From Octopus sinensis (taxonomy: Eukaryota), in the NCBI RefSeq assembly GCF_006345805.1, contig NC_043000.1, positions 15,810,001 to 15,874,000 on the forward strand: a DNA stretch of 64,000 bases. Direction: 5' to 3'. Within the stretch, counting starts at the first letter, position 1, and each line of letters starts with the position of its first letter. The notes beneath the pieces are model-generated. The model was not told the DNA's origin. It saw only the letters and a list, made by a program, of their open reading frames with translations, and ran no database searches. Both the position numbers and the translations under genes were made by a program. This document shows positions 25,921-36,480 of the stretch, one piece after another.

Positions 25921-26817
25921 ACAAGAGAAACTAAACTGACCTTAGTTAACTTTCATGTGAGACTAGATTTTGGTACTAGTTCATTTGGACATTACCACAC
26001 ACACACATAATTCATTTTTAACTGTAAAATTCAAAGTAGACAAAACCTTCAAATTTTTCTACCCAAAAAGGTTTTTAACTCAATGTTTGCACCTTTATTA
26101 TTTATAGTTTTACAATTTAAAATGAATTATTTCACATTTCAAAGTTTCTAAATTCTTAAAACCTAAACAATAAACACACAAACAAACATAACCTAAACAA
26201 ACCATTAAGCCATTAATTGTTAATTAACTAAGTTAACATTTTCATTAATGATTTAACTTTTAAGTTAACTTGGGAAATTATTATCAAACTAATTAACTCC
26301 CATTACGTTTAACTTCCATTAACTCAAGTCCACTTGAATTGTTGCTGAGATGATCTTTAGGCTCAAAGACTTGAAGTCCAAGGGCCTCATCTATTGCAGC
26401 CCCTTGGTCGACACACTTTTGGCAGGCATTGACAAAAGGTTTAGGACCCTCCTGAAGAATGAGGAAGGCCAGTTGGCTGCTGCCTTCCACCCCAGGTTTT
26501 ACCTCATGTAGTTGGATAAGTATGACAACACCAAGGTGAGGAAAAGCATGGAGGATAAGGTCGAGGAGACCATGAGGCAGCAGTCTGACGAAGTGAGCAG
26601 TAGCAGTGGAGGCAGCAACAACAAAGAGGAGAAGGAGGACTTCTTCAGTGGTATCACTTGGCCAAAAGAAGGCAGCAGGAGCCACAGGTCACTCAAGGAC
26701 AAGGTCCAGAATTTGGTCAAGACTTGGTTGGAGACCAACTCAAAGTACTTGTTGACAGATGCTGCCTTCTTGGGCGAGCAATTGTTGGTGGACTTGTTCA
26801 TCAAGATGAACACAGCT

Positions 26818-27122
26818 GTGGAGGAACATGGCCTAGTGGTTAGAGCAGTGGACACGTAGTCGAGGGATCACGGGTTCGAATCTCAGACCAGGCGATATGT
26901 GTGTTTATGAGCAAAACACCTAAGTTCTACGCAGCTCCAGCAGAAGGTAATGGCGAACTTCTGCTAACTCTTTCGCCACAACTTTCTCTCACTCTTTCCT
27001 CCTGCATTTTGCAGCTCACCTGTGACAGACCGGCGTCCCATCCAGGTGGGGAACCTATACGCCAAGGAAACCGGGAAACCGGCCCTAATGAGCCAGGCGT
27101 AGCTTGAGAAGGAACAAACAAC
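26818..27122 (+). mobile_element. tRNA-headed SINE (family C head, alternative tail) inserted in hAT transposase
   Basis: A/B boxes, (AAC)n tail, and 9-bp TSD AACACAGCT at 26809-26817 and 27123-27131. Confidence 0.88.
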
Positions 27123-27703
27123 AACACAGCTATCCCCTCCAGTGCTGTAGGGAAGCATTTGTTCTCTATGGGCAAGAGTATCTTGAGAGCCAAGAGATCA
27201 TCTCTTTCAGATAAAAACTTTGACATACTAATTTTCATGAAGGGCAACATGCATCTCGTGAACAAAATGGAGAACAAGAAGAGGAAAAATTAAATTATGT
27301 ACATATCGTGTTTTTCATTATTTAAATTTTTATTTTTTTACAGCCACTTAATCAATAAACTTTTTTACGTTTAATACTAATATTATGTTTCACTTGATTT
27401 CCTTTTACCCTTTTCTGGCTTTAAAAACCTTTAAAAGCCTAAAAAAAAGAGCCAAAACTATGAAATCAGCTTTTTAAAAGTTAAAACTATAAAATCAGCA
27501 TTTTTTAACTCAAAAGAGAAAAAACTATAGTTTTGGGGTTCTAAAGCCCTTGAAAAGGAGGCAAATAAAAAGCTGATTTTATACTTTTGGCACTTTTTAA
27601 ACATGTTTTTAGGTGGTTTTAGAGCAAAAACTGATTTTTTGTTTTTTCTATACTAAAAATTAATGTTAATGGTTTATTGATAACTTCTGTTACATTTTTA
27701 ACT

Positions 27704-28766
27704 ACTGTTCATAATGGCCCTCTCAGACATGCCCTCAGCCACGCAGAGAGCCACGATCACAAGTTATGCAGATGATACAAAAGTTTCACAGGCAATACAG
27801 AACCCTGAGGACACAAAACACCTGCAATGTGAGCTAGACAAAATATACAAGTGGGCCGAAAAGAATAGCATGCAGTTCAATGCTGAAAAGTTTCAAGCTC
27901 TATACTATCAGCATGCAAAACTAAATGCAATACCCAATGAATACACTGGACCCGGAGGAATAGCAATCCCAGAGGCACAATCAGTGCGTGACCTAGGTAT
28001 TTACATGAGTGATGACGCGACCTTTCGTGTACATGTTGCTAAATTGGCAATGAAATGTAGACGACTGGCCGGATGGATCCTCAGAACCTTTAGAACAAGA
28101 GAACACGAAACCATGATGGTCCTCTGGAGGACACTTGACCTAAGCCACTTTGACTACTGCTCTCAGTTATGGTCACCATCCAGTGTCAAGTTGATCACAG
28201 AGCTCGAGGCGATCCAACGTAGCTACACGAAGAAGATAGCCTCTATGCAGAATGTAAGCTACTGGGAAAGACTCAAGAAATTAAAATTATATTCCCTGGA
28301 GCGTAGGCGGGAAAGATATGCCATAATATACATCTGGAAGATCCTGGAGGGAAGTGTCCTGAACTTTGGCATCGAGAGTTATGCAAATGCCAGAACTGGG
28401 CACCACTGTGTGGTGCCTAGGACTCCAAACTTGCCATCAAGATGTAGGACAAGATTCTGTGATAGCCTGGGCTTCCGAGGCCCACAGCTCTTCAATATCC
28501 TCCCGAAGAACCTGAGAGACCTGCATGGGGTGGATACAGATGTCTTTAAAATGAAGCTGGATCTCTTCCTGTCAGGTGTCCCAGATGAACCAACTTCACG
28601 GCAGGAGGGGCAGACGAGGGCAGCTGCATCGAACTCTCTCATGCACCAAATAGCAGTTGCTAGAAAGCCTTCATGAAGTGAAACCAAGTAGCAACACCAA
28701 ATGGCGGTGCCCCAGCATGGCCACAGCTCATGAGCTGAAACTAGAATCAATCAATCAATCAATCAA
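27704..28766 (+). mobile_element. 5'-truncated CR1/L2-group LINE (RT C-terminal part and 3' UTR)
   Basis: Open 320-aa frame 27714-28676 with YADDTK and DYCSQLWSP...YWERLKKLKLYSLERRRER motifs; (AATC)n tail; candidate TSD TTAACT at 27698-27703 and 28767-28772. Inserted in a hAT element. Confidence 0.92.
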
Positions 28767-29126
28767 TTAACTGATTAGCGGTTGTCGAAGTTAATATTTT
28801 GGTTAACAGATTAATGGTTAACAAAGTTAACTTTTTGATTAACAGTGCCCACCTTTGATACTTATATCATCATCATCCTCCTTCTCATCATCATTGTTTA
28901 ATGTCCGTTTTCCACGCTAGCATGGGTTGGACGGTTCGACCGGGGTCTGGAAAGCCAGAAGGCTGCACCAGGCTCCAGTCTGATCTGGCAGGGCTTCTAC
29001 AGCTGGATGCCCTTCCTAGACCCTGGTCGAACCATCCAACCCATGCTAGCATGGAAAACGGACATTAAATGATGAGGATGATGATGATGATATATATATA
29101 TACACGTATATACATATGTACATACA

Positions 29127-29205
<79 letters not shown>

Positions 29206-29613
29206 CACGATCTAGTTTGTCAGCCTTAGTCAAATCGTCCAACACATGCTAGCATCGAAAGCAGATGTTAAATGATGATGATGATGATGATGATATATAT
29301 ACGCATATATACTTATGTACATACATGTGTATGTGTATATATATATATATATATTAAAGTTTATCGACAAGTTTTAAAATTTGACACATTAATGTAGTTT
29401 TCTAAGCTGAATTGCTGGAGTTATTTCACTTTTTGAAGAAAAATGTTCTTAAAAAGTTATAGATGTTTAAAGTTTGATCATTTTCACCCAGTCAGGAAAC
29501 AGAATTTGGAAGCTGTCACTTTGTGCGTGACTACACATTTTATCGTCAACATCCTGAAAATAGCATATGTTGTCAATATTTGTATTCTGCATGCAGGAAA
29601 CGAATACGCAACG

Positions 29614-29671
29614 CATAATTAATTATCTAGGTACAGCTTGATATCAAGCTGTACCTAGATAATTAATTATG
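29614..29671. repeat. Perfect 58-bp palindrome without spacer
   Basis: cataattaattatctaggtacagcttgat|atcaagctgtacctagataattaattatg. Confidence 0.97.
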
Positions 29672-30485
29672 ACACATAATACATATTTTTGTCTATGAAT
29701 ATTAGACCTATTATTTACAATAAATGCTTAAATTATAAATTTTATAAACCAGAAATTATTCTTTAATACCATTATTAACCACCAATTTTTCTAAAAATAT
29801 CTTCAGTCAAGAGGAGAATTGACGGTTAAGTGTAAAAGCTAAATTTGTATTTGTAAATATATATCCTTCCTTTTTTGGTATTTCTCAACGTATATACAAA
29901 TACTGTTTGACCAGTAATAAAATTCATTTAAGGAGGTTTAAATAGAGTCACATATTGGATTTCATAGAGGGAGTGTCAGTTTTTAATACATATATTAGTA
30001 CCCACTTAATATATATTTTTTTAGTCTTCATTCAAATAGTCTTGGACTGCAAGAACAAATATACTAATCCCAAAATGATAACTAAGAGAAAAATCTATGT
30101 ACTTCCAATGTCTTTTTTAGCTTTTATATCAGCTACTGATGTGTACAAATATGGCTATTACAATTTTCTATTTATGAATATCTGAATATTTTTATACAAA
30201 ACAAATTGTATAGCAACATGAAAAATAAAATCTATAATCCATTTTAACATCTAATCTTTGCTGTCACATCACATCACCCATTACGTAAATAAGAATGAAT
30301 TTGTTGAACTTTGTTTAATAAGTTAAATCATATACAGATTATTTCTATACAAGCTTTCACACCTACACACATTTATATAAGAAAATTCGAAAGCAAAGTA
30401 TGAAGAAAAGACATTAGAAATTTTTGGAAATAATTCCAATTAAAGAACAAACTTACATTCCTTCGATAAAATACATATATAAAAT

Positions 30486-30519
<34 letters not shown>

Positions 30520-30522
<3 letters not shown>

Positions 30523-30930
30523 ATTTAAAAATAGGATAAAATCTTCATAAGAATTTAATCAAGTAGTCAGCGTGAAAATCCTCATAAGAGAAAAAAATCC
30601 ATCAATTTTTTCACTTAAATATATTTATTTATATTATATAGAGGGCATTATTACACATAAAATGCCACACGCTAGGAGGGACTCATAAAGTCAAAACTAC
30701 TAAAATAAATAAACATATCGTACCGAATGCAATTCTCGAAGCAAGTCATTTAAAAACAGAATTCAGCTGCAAATCACTGTGATTTCGTAATCAGTGCAGT
30801 GGTGTGCACTCTTTACTCATCAGTGCAAGCATAATTCAAGATTTATAATGAATGAACAAAATCAACATACCAGATGAACAACCATCGTATCCAACGTAGT
30901 ATATAGAAATGTTCACCCCTTATACATCTA
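30520..30930 (-). mobile_element. Probable Penelope-type terminal repeat carrying a hammerhead, abutting (TA)n
   Basis: Contains the 30767-30828 hammerhead and adjoins a (TA)n tract. Family assignment is inferred. Confidence 0.5.
30767..30828 (-). ncRNA. Type I hammerhead ribozyme motif with extended stem II
   Basis: Minus strand TTGCA-CTGATGA-GTAA ag AGTGCA caccac TGCACT ga TTAC-GAAA-TCAC a GTGA-TT-TGCAG. All core bases and three stems present; AUU cleavage triplet. Confidence 0.8.
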
Positions 30931-31124
30931 TGTAATATATAAATATATATATATTTAATGTGCTTTTAGAGTCAAGTTTTGGCTGCTATTTCCAGCATGG
31001 AGGTATCTCTAAGATACCCTAAATTATAATTTTAATAATAATTACCTTTGAAGGTTTTTATTCCCATGCTGGCCACTTGATAAGATTGATAATTATATTA
31101 ACGATCTTATCCTTATTTATATGC

Positions 31125-31280
31125 CTGAGTGTGCTGTGCTCTCCACTGAGGTGCTGTCATGTTTGAAGTAGTTGTCCCAATCCTTGATCTGAGTTTAGCC
31201 CATGGCATCATTGCCAAAGGCCTGCTGAATCTTCTGGGCAAAACTTGATGCAATATCTTTGCTCAATGCATTCATTGAAA
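31125..31280 (-). mobile_element. Mariner transposase N-terminal fragment
   Basis: EQRYCIKF...IQQAFGNDAMG*TQIKDW...FKHDSTSVES on the minus strand. Confidence 0.7.
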
Positions 31281-31490
31281 ACAAAAATCCTACAAGTGTC
31301 TGTACTCCAGGCATAACAGCCAGTAACAGATGCAGACTACCAGGGTAAAAATTTCCAAGTATATACAGGAAAGGTGACATCACTTTTCATTCAAAGGATT
31401 TTACTCAAGCTGCATTAGTTTTAGTGGGGGAAAAAATAAAGTTGGATACTTATTGAACACACCCCATAAATATATATATATGTATGTATG

Positions 31491-31522
<32 letters not shown>

Positions 31523-31548
31523 CATACATATATATGTATATATATATA

Positions 31549-31594
<46 letters not shown>

Positions 31595-31604
31595 GTATAT
31601 ATAT

Positions 31605-32013
31605 ACTCTTTTACTCTTTCACTTATTTCAGTCATTTGACTGTGGCCATGCTGGAGCACCGCATTTAGCCAAGCACATCGACCCCAGGAGTTATTCTTTG
31701 TAAGCCTAGTACTTATACTATCGGTCTCTTTTGCTGAACCGCTAAGTTACGGGGACATAAACACACCAGCATCAGTTGTCAAGCGATGTTGGGGGGACAA
31801 ACACAGACACACAAACATATACACACACATACATATATATACATATATATGATGGGCTTCTTTCAGTTTCCATCTGCCAAATCCACTCACAAGGCTTTAG
31901 TTGGCCTGAGGCTATAGGAGAAGACACTTGCCCAAGGTGCCGCTCAGTGGGACTGAAACTGGAACCATGTGGTTCGTAAGCAAGCTACTTACCACACAGC
32001 CACTCCTTTGCCT
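31605..32013 (-). mobile_element. SINE family A
   Basis: Reverse-complement full-length copy; its head overlaps the start of the 295-bp palindrome. Confidence 0.9.
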
Positions 32014-32119
32014 ATATATACATATAGTCCTACACATGGATGCATGGAAGATGGATGTTAAAAGATGATGATGATGACGATATTTATATGTATATATAAT
32101 TTAAATATATATATATATT

Positions 32120-32161
<42 letters not shown>

Positions 32162-32295
32162 ATATATATGTATACAAATATATATATATATTTAAATTAT
32201 ATATACATATAAATATCGTCATCATCATCATCTTTTAACATCCATCTTCCATGCATCCATGTGTAGGACTATATGTATATATAGGCAAAGGAGTG
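32001..32295. repeat. 295-bp palindrome with about 120-bp identical arms around a (TA)n core
   Basis: cactcctttgcc...aaatatatatatatattt is the exact reverse complement of the right arm. Confidence 0.95.
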
Positions 32296-33673
32296 TATAT
32301 ATATATACACATGCACACACAGACACACAGAGACACACACACACATATATATATAAATATACATATGTATATATATGTGTGTGTGTGTGTATATATATAC
32401 ATATATTGAAAGATGGCTGTTAAATGATGATGACGATAATGATGACGACGCCGACGACAATGATGATGATGATATATGTATGTATATGTGTTGCAACCTG
32501 CTGGATTACATCAGTGCAATTTGAGATTTAAACTTAAGGGAGAATTGCATTTGTGTAGTTCTGAAGATAATTTAATAGCTTTAGTTCGAAAATATGTTAT
32601 CCGTAGTCAGAGTGTAGCAATAGAAATAGAAATGAGATGAGCCTTCGGTGAATGTGCATGAAATTGCAAAGAATTGACCTATTTTGGTTCTTATCCTTCT
32701 TTTTGCCCAAAAGGTATAGCAGTTCATTATAATTCTAATATAACAGGGATGAATTTTTTTTTTCTATTTTTGGGAGTTAGATTTGTAGAGAAAAGTGGTT
32801 CTGTTCTCGCACACGCACACACACATACATGCATACACACACATATACATGCACACACAAATACATGCACACACACACAGACACACACGCACACATGCAC
32901 ACACAAATACATGCACACACACACACACAAATACATGCACAAACACACACAGACACACACACACGCACACACACACAGAGGAAATAGTGTTTCTTTCAAA
33001 GATGTTATAGTGAAGACATGACTATGTTTGAGTTCAATCTTTTTTAATAATGATTTTTCTTATTTCTAATTAGTCCTTTCATTTGCTTAATATATTTATA
33101 CATTCAATAGCATGTATCATCTCATCATCATCGGTTTAATGTCCACTTTTCCATGCTGGCATGGGTCAGATGGAATTTGTTGAGGCAGATATTTTGGGTC
33201 AGGTGCTCTTCCCATCAACAACCCTCGCTTATTTTCAAGTAAGATTATATTTCCTCATGCTCAAACATGTTTTCATGGAAGATTAGAAACAAAGGAACTC
33301 ACATGCATGATGGTGGAAATCATTTACAACTATCATGGCAAAATCAAGGCAAGAAGACAGTAACACATTCTTTTTTACAATAGGACAAAATCTTTTTACA
33401 ATAGGACAAAATTTATATTATTTGCTCTCAACCGAAGCAAGGCTCTATAACCTCACAAACATACATGTGTGTGTGTGTGTGTGTGTGTAGCTAGGCAGAG
33501 GCATTGCTGCGTGGTAAAAAGTTTGCTTCCCAACCATGTGATCTTGGGTTCAATTCCACTGTGACACCACAAACAAGTATCATCTGCTACAGCCCTGGGC
33601 TGACCAAAGCCTTGTGAGTGAATTTGGTAGACAGAAACTGAAAGAAGTTCATTGTCCTCCTCCTCCTCCTCAT

Positions 33674-33704
<31 letters not shown>

Positions 33705-33841
33705 AGCATTTAACATTTGTTTTCTGTGCTGGCATGGGCTGCATGGTCAGACAGGAGCTGGCAAGCCCAAAAGCTACACGAGGTTCCATTGTCAGTTTTG
33801 GCATGGTTTCCACATTTAGATGCCCTTCCCAAAGCCAGCCA

Positions 33842-33997
33842 CTGTGGTTTTCTAAGAATTTTGGCTCTGCTCTCTGTCCAGTCTCGTGTCACTGAGTGTG
33901 TGTTGTGCGTAGGCTGTCCGGACAGCCTACGCACAACACACACTCAGTGACACGAGACTGGACAGAGAGCAGAGCCAAAATTCTTAGAAAACCACAG
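33842..33997. repeat. Perfect 156-bp palindrome without spacer
   Basis: 78-bp arms, centre gctgtcc|ggacagc between 33919 and 33920; no mismatches seen. Confidence 0.97.
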
Positions 33998-34426
33998 GAG
34001 GTCCAGTAGGCCAACGGAATAATAATACTTCTTCTTCCCTATCAGATACAAACGCACACACACACACACACACATACACACACACATACACATACACACA
34101 TGTTTTCTCTGTCTCACTTCCTCCTCACCCTTTTATACTGTCTTATTCCTCCCCACCACTACTACGAAACTATAAAATGTTCAAATTACCCACAAGGAAT
34201 TGATTTGATTTGAAAACCCCACTCGATTGGGAGAAAGCGCTAATCCGAATGATATGATCTGAATGATATGATATATATGCAAAAAATGTAATATATAAAT
34301 AAATATCTATAAATATGAACCATCCGATCTGATTACCTCATTTTTTCTAATATATATGTATATATACATATGTGTGTATATAAACATTTAATGAATCACT
34401 ATGCGTGTTTTCACAAATCACAAATC

Positions 34427-34782
34427 GAAATCGAAATCAAATTCGATGACTGGCATCTGTGCTAATGGAGCACTAAGAGCACTATCCGAGTGTGATCACT
34501 GCCTGAGCAGCAACCTGGCTTCTGTGCCGGTGGCACGTAAAAAACACCATTTGAGCATGGCCGTTGCCAGTACCGCCTGACTGGCCCTCGTGCTGGTGGC
34601 ACTTAAAAGCACCCACTACGCTCATGGAGTGGTTGGCATTAGGAAGGGCATCCAGCTGTAGAAACTCTGCCAGATCAGATTGGAGCCTGGTGCAAACATC
34701 TAGTTCTCCAGTCCTCAGTCAAATCGTCCAACCCATGCTAGCATGGAAAACGGACGTTAAACGATGATGATGATGATGATGA
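34427..34782 (+). mobile_element. Family D, apparently full-length copy
   Basis: Starts aaatcgaaatcgaaatcaaattcgatgactggcatc and ends ccatgctagcatggaaaacggacgttaaacgatgatg. Confidence 0.85.
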
Positions 34783-35036
34783 CATGTCTCTTAAGATCAC
34801 AGTCTGTATCATAGTATCTGTGGGCATTGAGTTGACCATCTTCATGGATTCATTTCTTCAGGCAACATAACATTAATGGATGTACAAGAGAGAGATGCTT
34901 ATCCCATTTGTCCAGAATTAATGCCATATCACCTGAAGGAGTGAATCCATGGAGATGATCTACCTGATGTCCACAGATACTATGGACTACACTGTAACCG
35001 TCCCAGGAAGACGGACTATGATCTTAAGAGACATGT
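34782..35036. repeat. Imperfect foldback element (about 100-bp arms), MITE-like
   Basis: acatgtctcttaagatca...catggattcatttcttcagg vs cctgaaggagtgaatccatg...tgatcttaagagacatgt. Confidence 0.85.
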
Positions 35037-35067
35037 AATTTGTGGAAATGTGTGTAGTGATGCATCA

Positions 35068-35308
35068 AATACAGTTCTGTATTTAAGAGATGAGGAATTA
35101 TGTACATTATTTACATTTGACGGATATTTGTCCTCATCTCGTTTGTTGTTAACACAACGTTTCGGCTGATATACCCTCCAGCCTTCATCAGGTGTCTTGG
35201 GGAAATTTTGAACCTTGGTTCTCATTCCTAAGGTATTTTTCGATGTTGTTGTTGTTGTTATTATTATTATTATTATTATTAATATTATTGTTATTATTAT
35301 TGCTGTTG

Positions 35309-35340
<32 letters not shown>

Positions 35341-35505
35341 GTTATTATTACTGTTGTTGTTGTTGTTATTATTATTATTATTATTAATATTATTATCATT
35401 ATTATTATTATCATTATTATTATTATTCAGGTCACTGCCTGGAATCGAACTTGGAATCTTGGGGTTAGCAGCCCGCGCTCTTAACCACAACGCCATATGC
35501 CCGTG
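35068..35505 (-). mobile_element. tRNA-headed SINE-like element with (AAT)n spacer and hammerhead-bearing tail
   Basis: Minus strand head with A-box TGGCGTTGTGG and B-box GTTCGATTCC, then (AAT/AAC)n, then a conserved tail containing the hammerhead. The same architecture recurs at 51452-51735. Confidence 0.8.
35151..35196 (-). ncRNA. Minimal type I hammerhead ribozyme motif inside a tRNA-headed element
   Basis: Minus strand GACAC-CTGATGA-a-GGCTG(gagggtatat)CAGCC-GAAA-CG-TT-GTGTT. Stem III is reduced to the ACGT palindrome; predicted cleavage between 35156 and 35155. Confidence 0.8.
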
Positions 35506-35592
35506 ATGCATTACATGTTTATAAATTCCGTCCAAGGATTATTGTTATTATTATTATCAGATAGAGACAGACAGACAGACAGACAGTCAGTC

Positions 35593-35623
<31 letters not shown>

Positions 35624-36050
35624 TAGATAGATAGATAGATAGACATACAAACACACACACACACACACAAAATTGTGTTAATGTATTATTCAGCTTTTAT
35701 ATCAACATGTTCACATGTATGCATTTACGTGTGAATTGTGTTTCAAGAGGTATGTGGGGGTGTGAATATATAACTATATCTGTAATAGTGTATAAATAAC
35801 ATTGATTTTGATATTGGCAAGATTTGATATCCTATTTAATAAACCTGTCTGTTATCCTAAATTATGATTAATGGTGAACAAAGCAGAGCTGACATAACCA
35901 TTAGAATTTCCCACACATATCATTAAATGTGATATCCATTTGCCCACAGGAAGTTATCCACTGATGTATATGTGTGTGGTAATGAGAACATGTAACGAGG
36001 TTCCAAATTCAGAAAATCTTCTTTTCCTGTCATTTCCTTGTTTCAGACAT

Positions 36051-36437
36051 TACTCTTTACTCTCTTTTACTTGTTTCAGTCATTTGGCTGCGGCCATGCT
36101 GGAGCACCGCCTTTAGTCGAGCAACTCGACCCCAGGACTTATTCTATCGGTCTATTTTGCCGAACCGCTAAGTGACGGGGACATAAACACACCAGCATCG
36201 GTTGTCAAGCAATGCTAGGGGGACAAACACAGACACACAAACATACACACATATACATATATATACATATATACGACGAGATTCTTTCAGTTTCCATCTG
36301 CCAAATCCACTCACAAGGCTTTGGTCGGCCCGGGGCTATAGTAGAAGACACTTGCCCAAGATGCCACGCAGTGGGACTGAATCTGGAACCATGTGGTTGG
36401 TTAGCAAGCTACTTACCACACAGCCACTCCTGCGCCT
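36051..36437 (-). mobile_element. SINE family A
   Basis: Reverse-complement copy, followed by (ATT)n and a head fragment of the hammerhead-SINE (about 36480-36525). Confidence 0.9.
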
Positions 36438-36447
36438 ATTGTTGTTG

Positions 36448-36480
<33 letters not shown>

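Larger units (their letters stand above)
26200..28857 (+). mobile_element. Defective hAT DNA transposon interrupted by a SINE and a LINE
   Basis: Transposase remnants LAAAFHPRF and DLFIKMNTA|TAIPSSAVGKHLFSMGKSILRAKRSSLSDKNF (hAT dimerisation domain) split by a SINE. GTTAAC-rich subterminal regions; right end gtgcccacctttg. Left boundary uncertain. Confidence 0.8.

Noticed and set aside
27714-28676. 320-aa ORF as a host gene
   Set aside because: It is the 5'-truncated RT end of a LINE with a tail and TSD; the ATG is internal to the RT domain. The antisense 123-aa ORF is its shadow.
35016-35535. Poly-I, poly-N and poly-L ORFs resembling membrane or low-complexity proteins
   Set aside because: They come from the (AAT)n spacer of the hammerhead-SINE.
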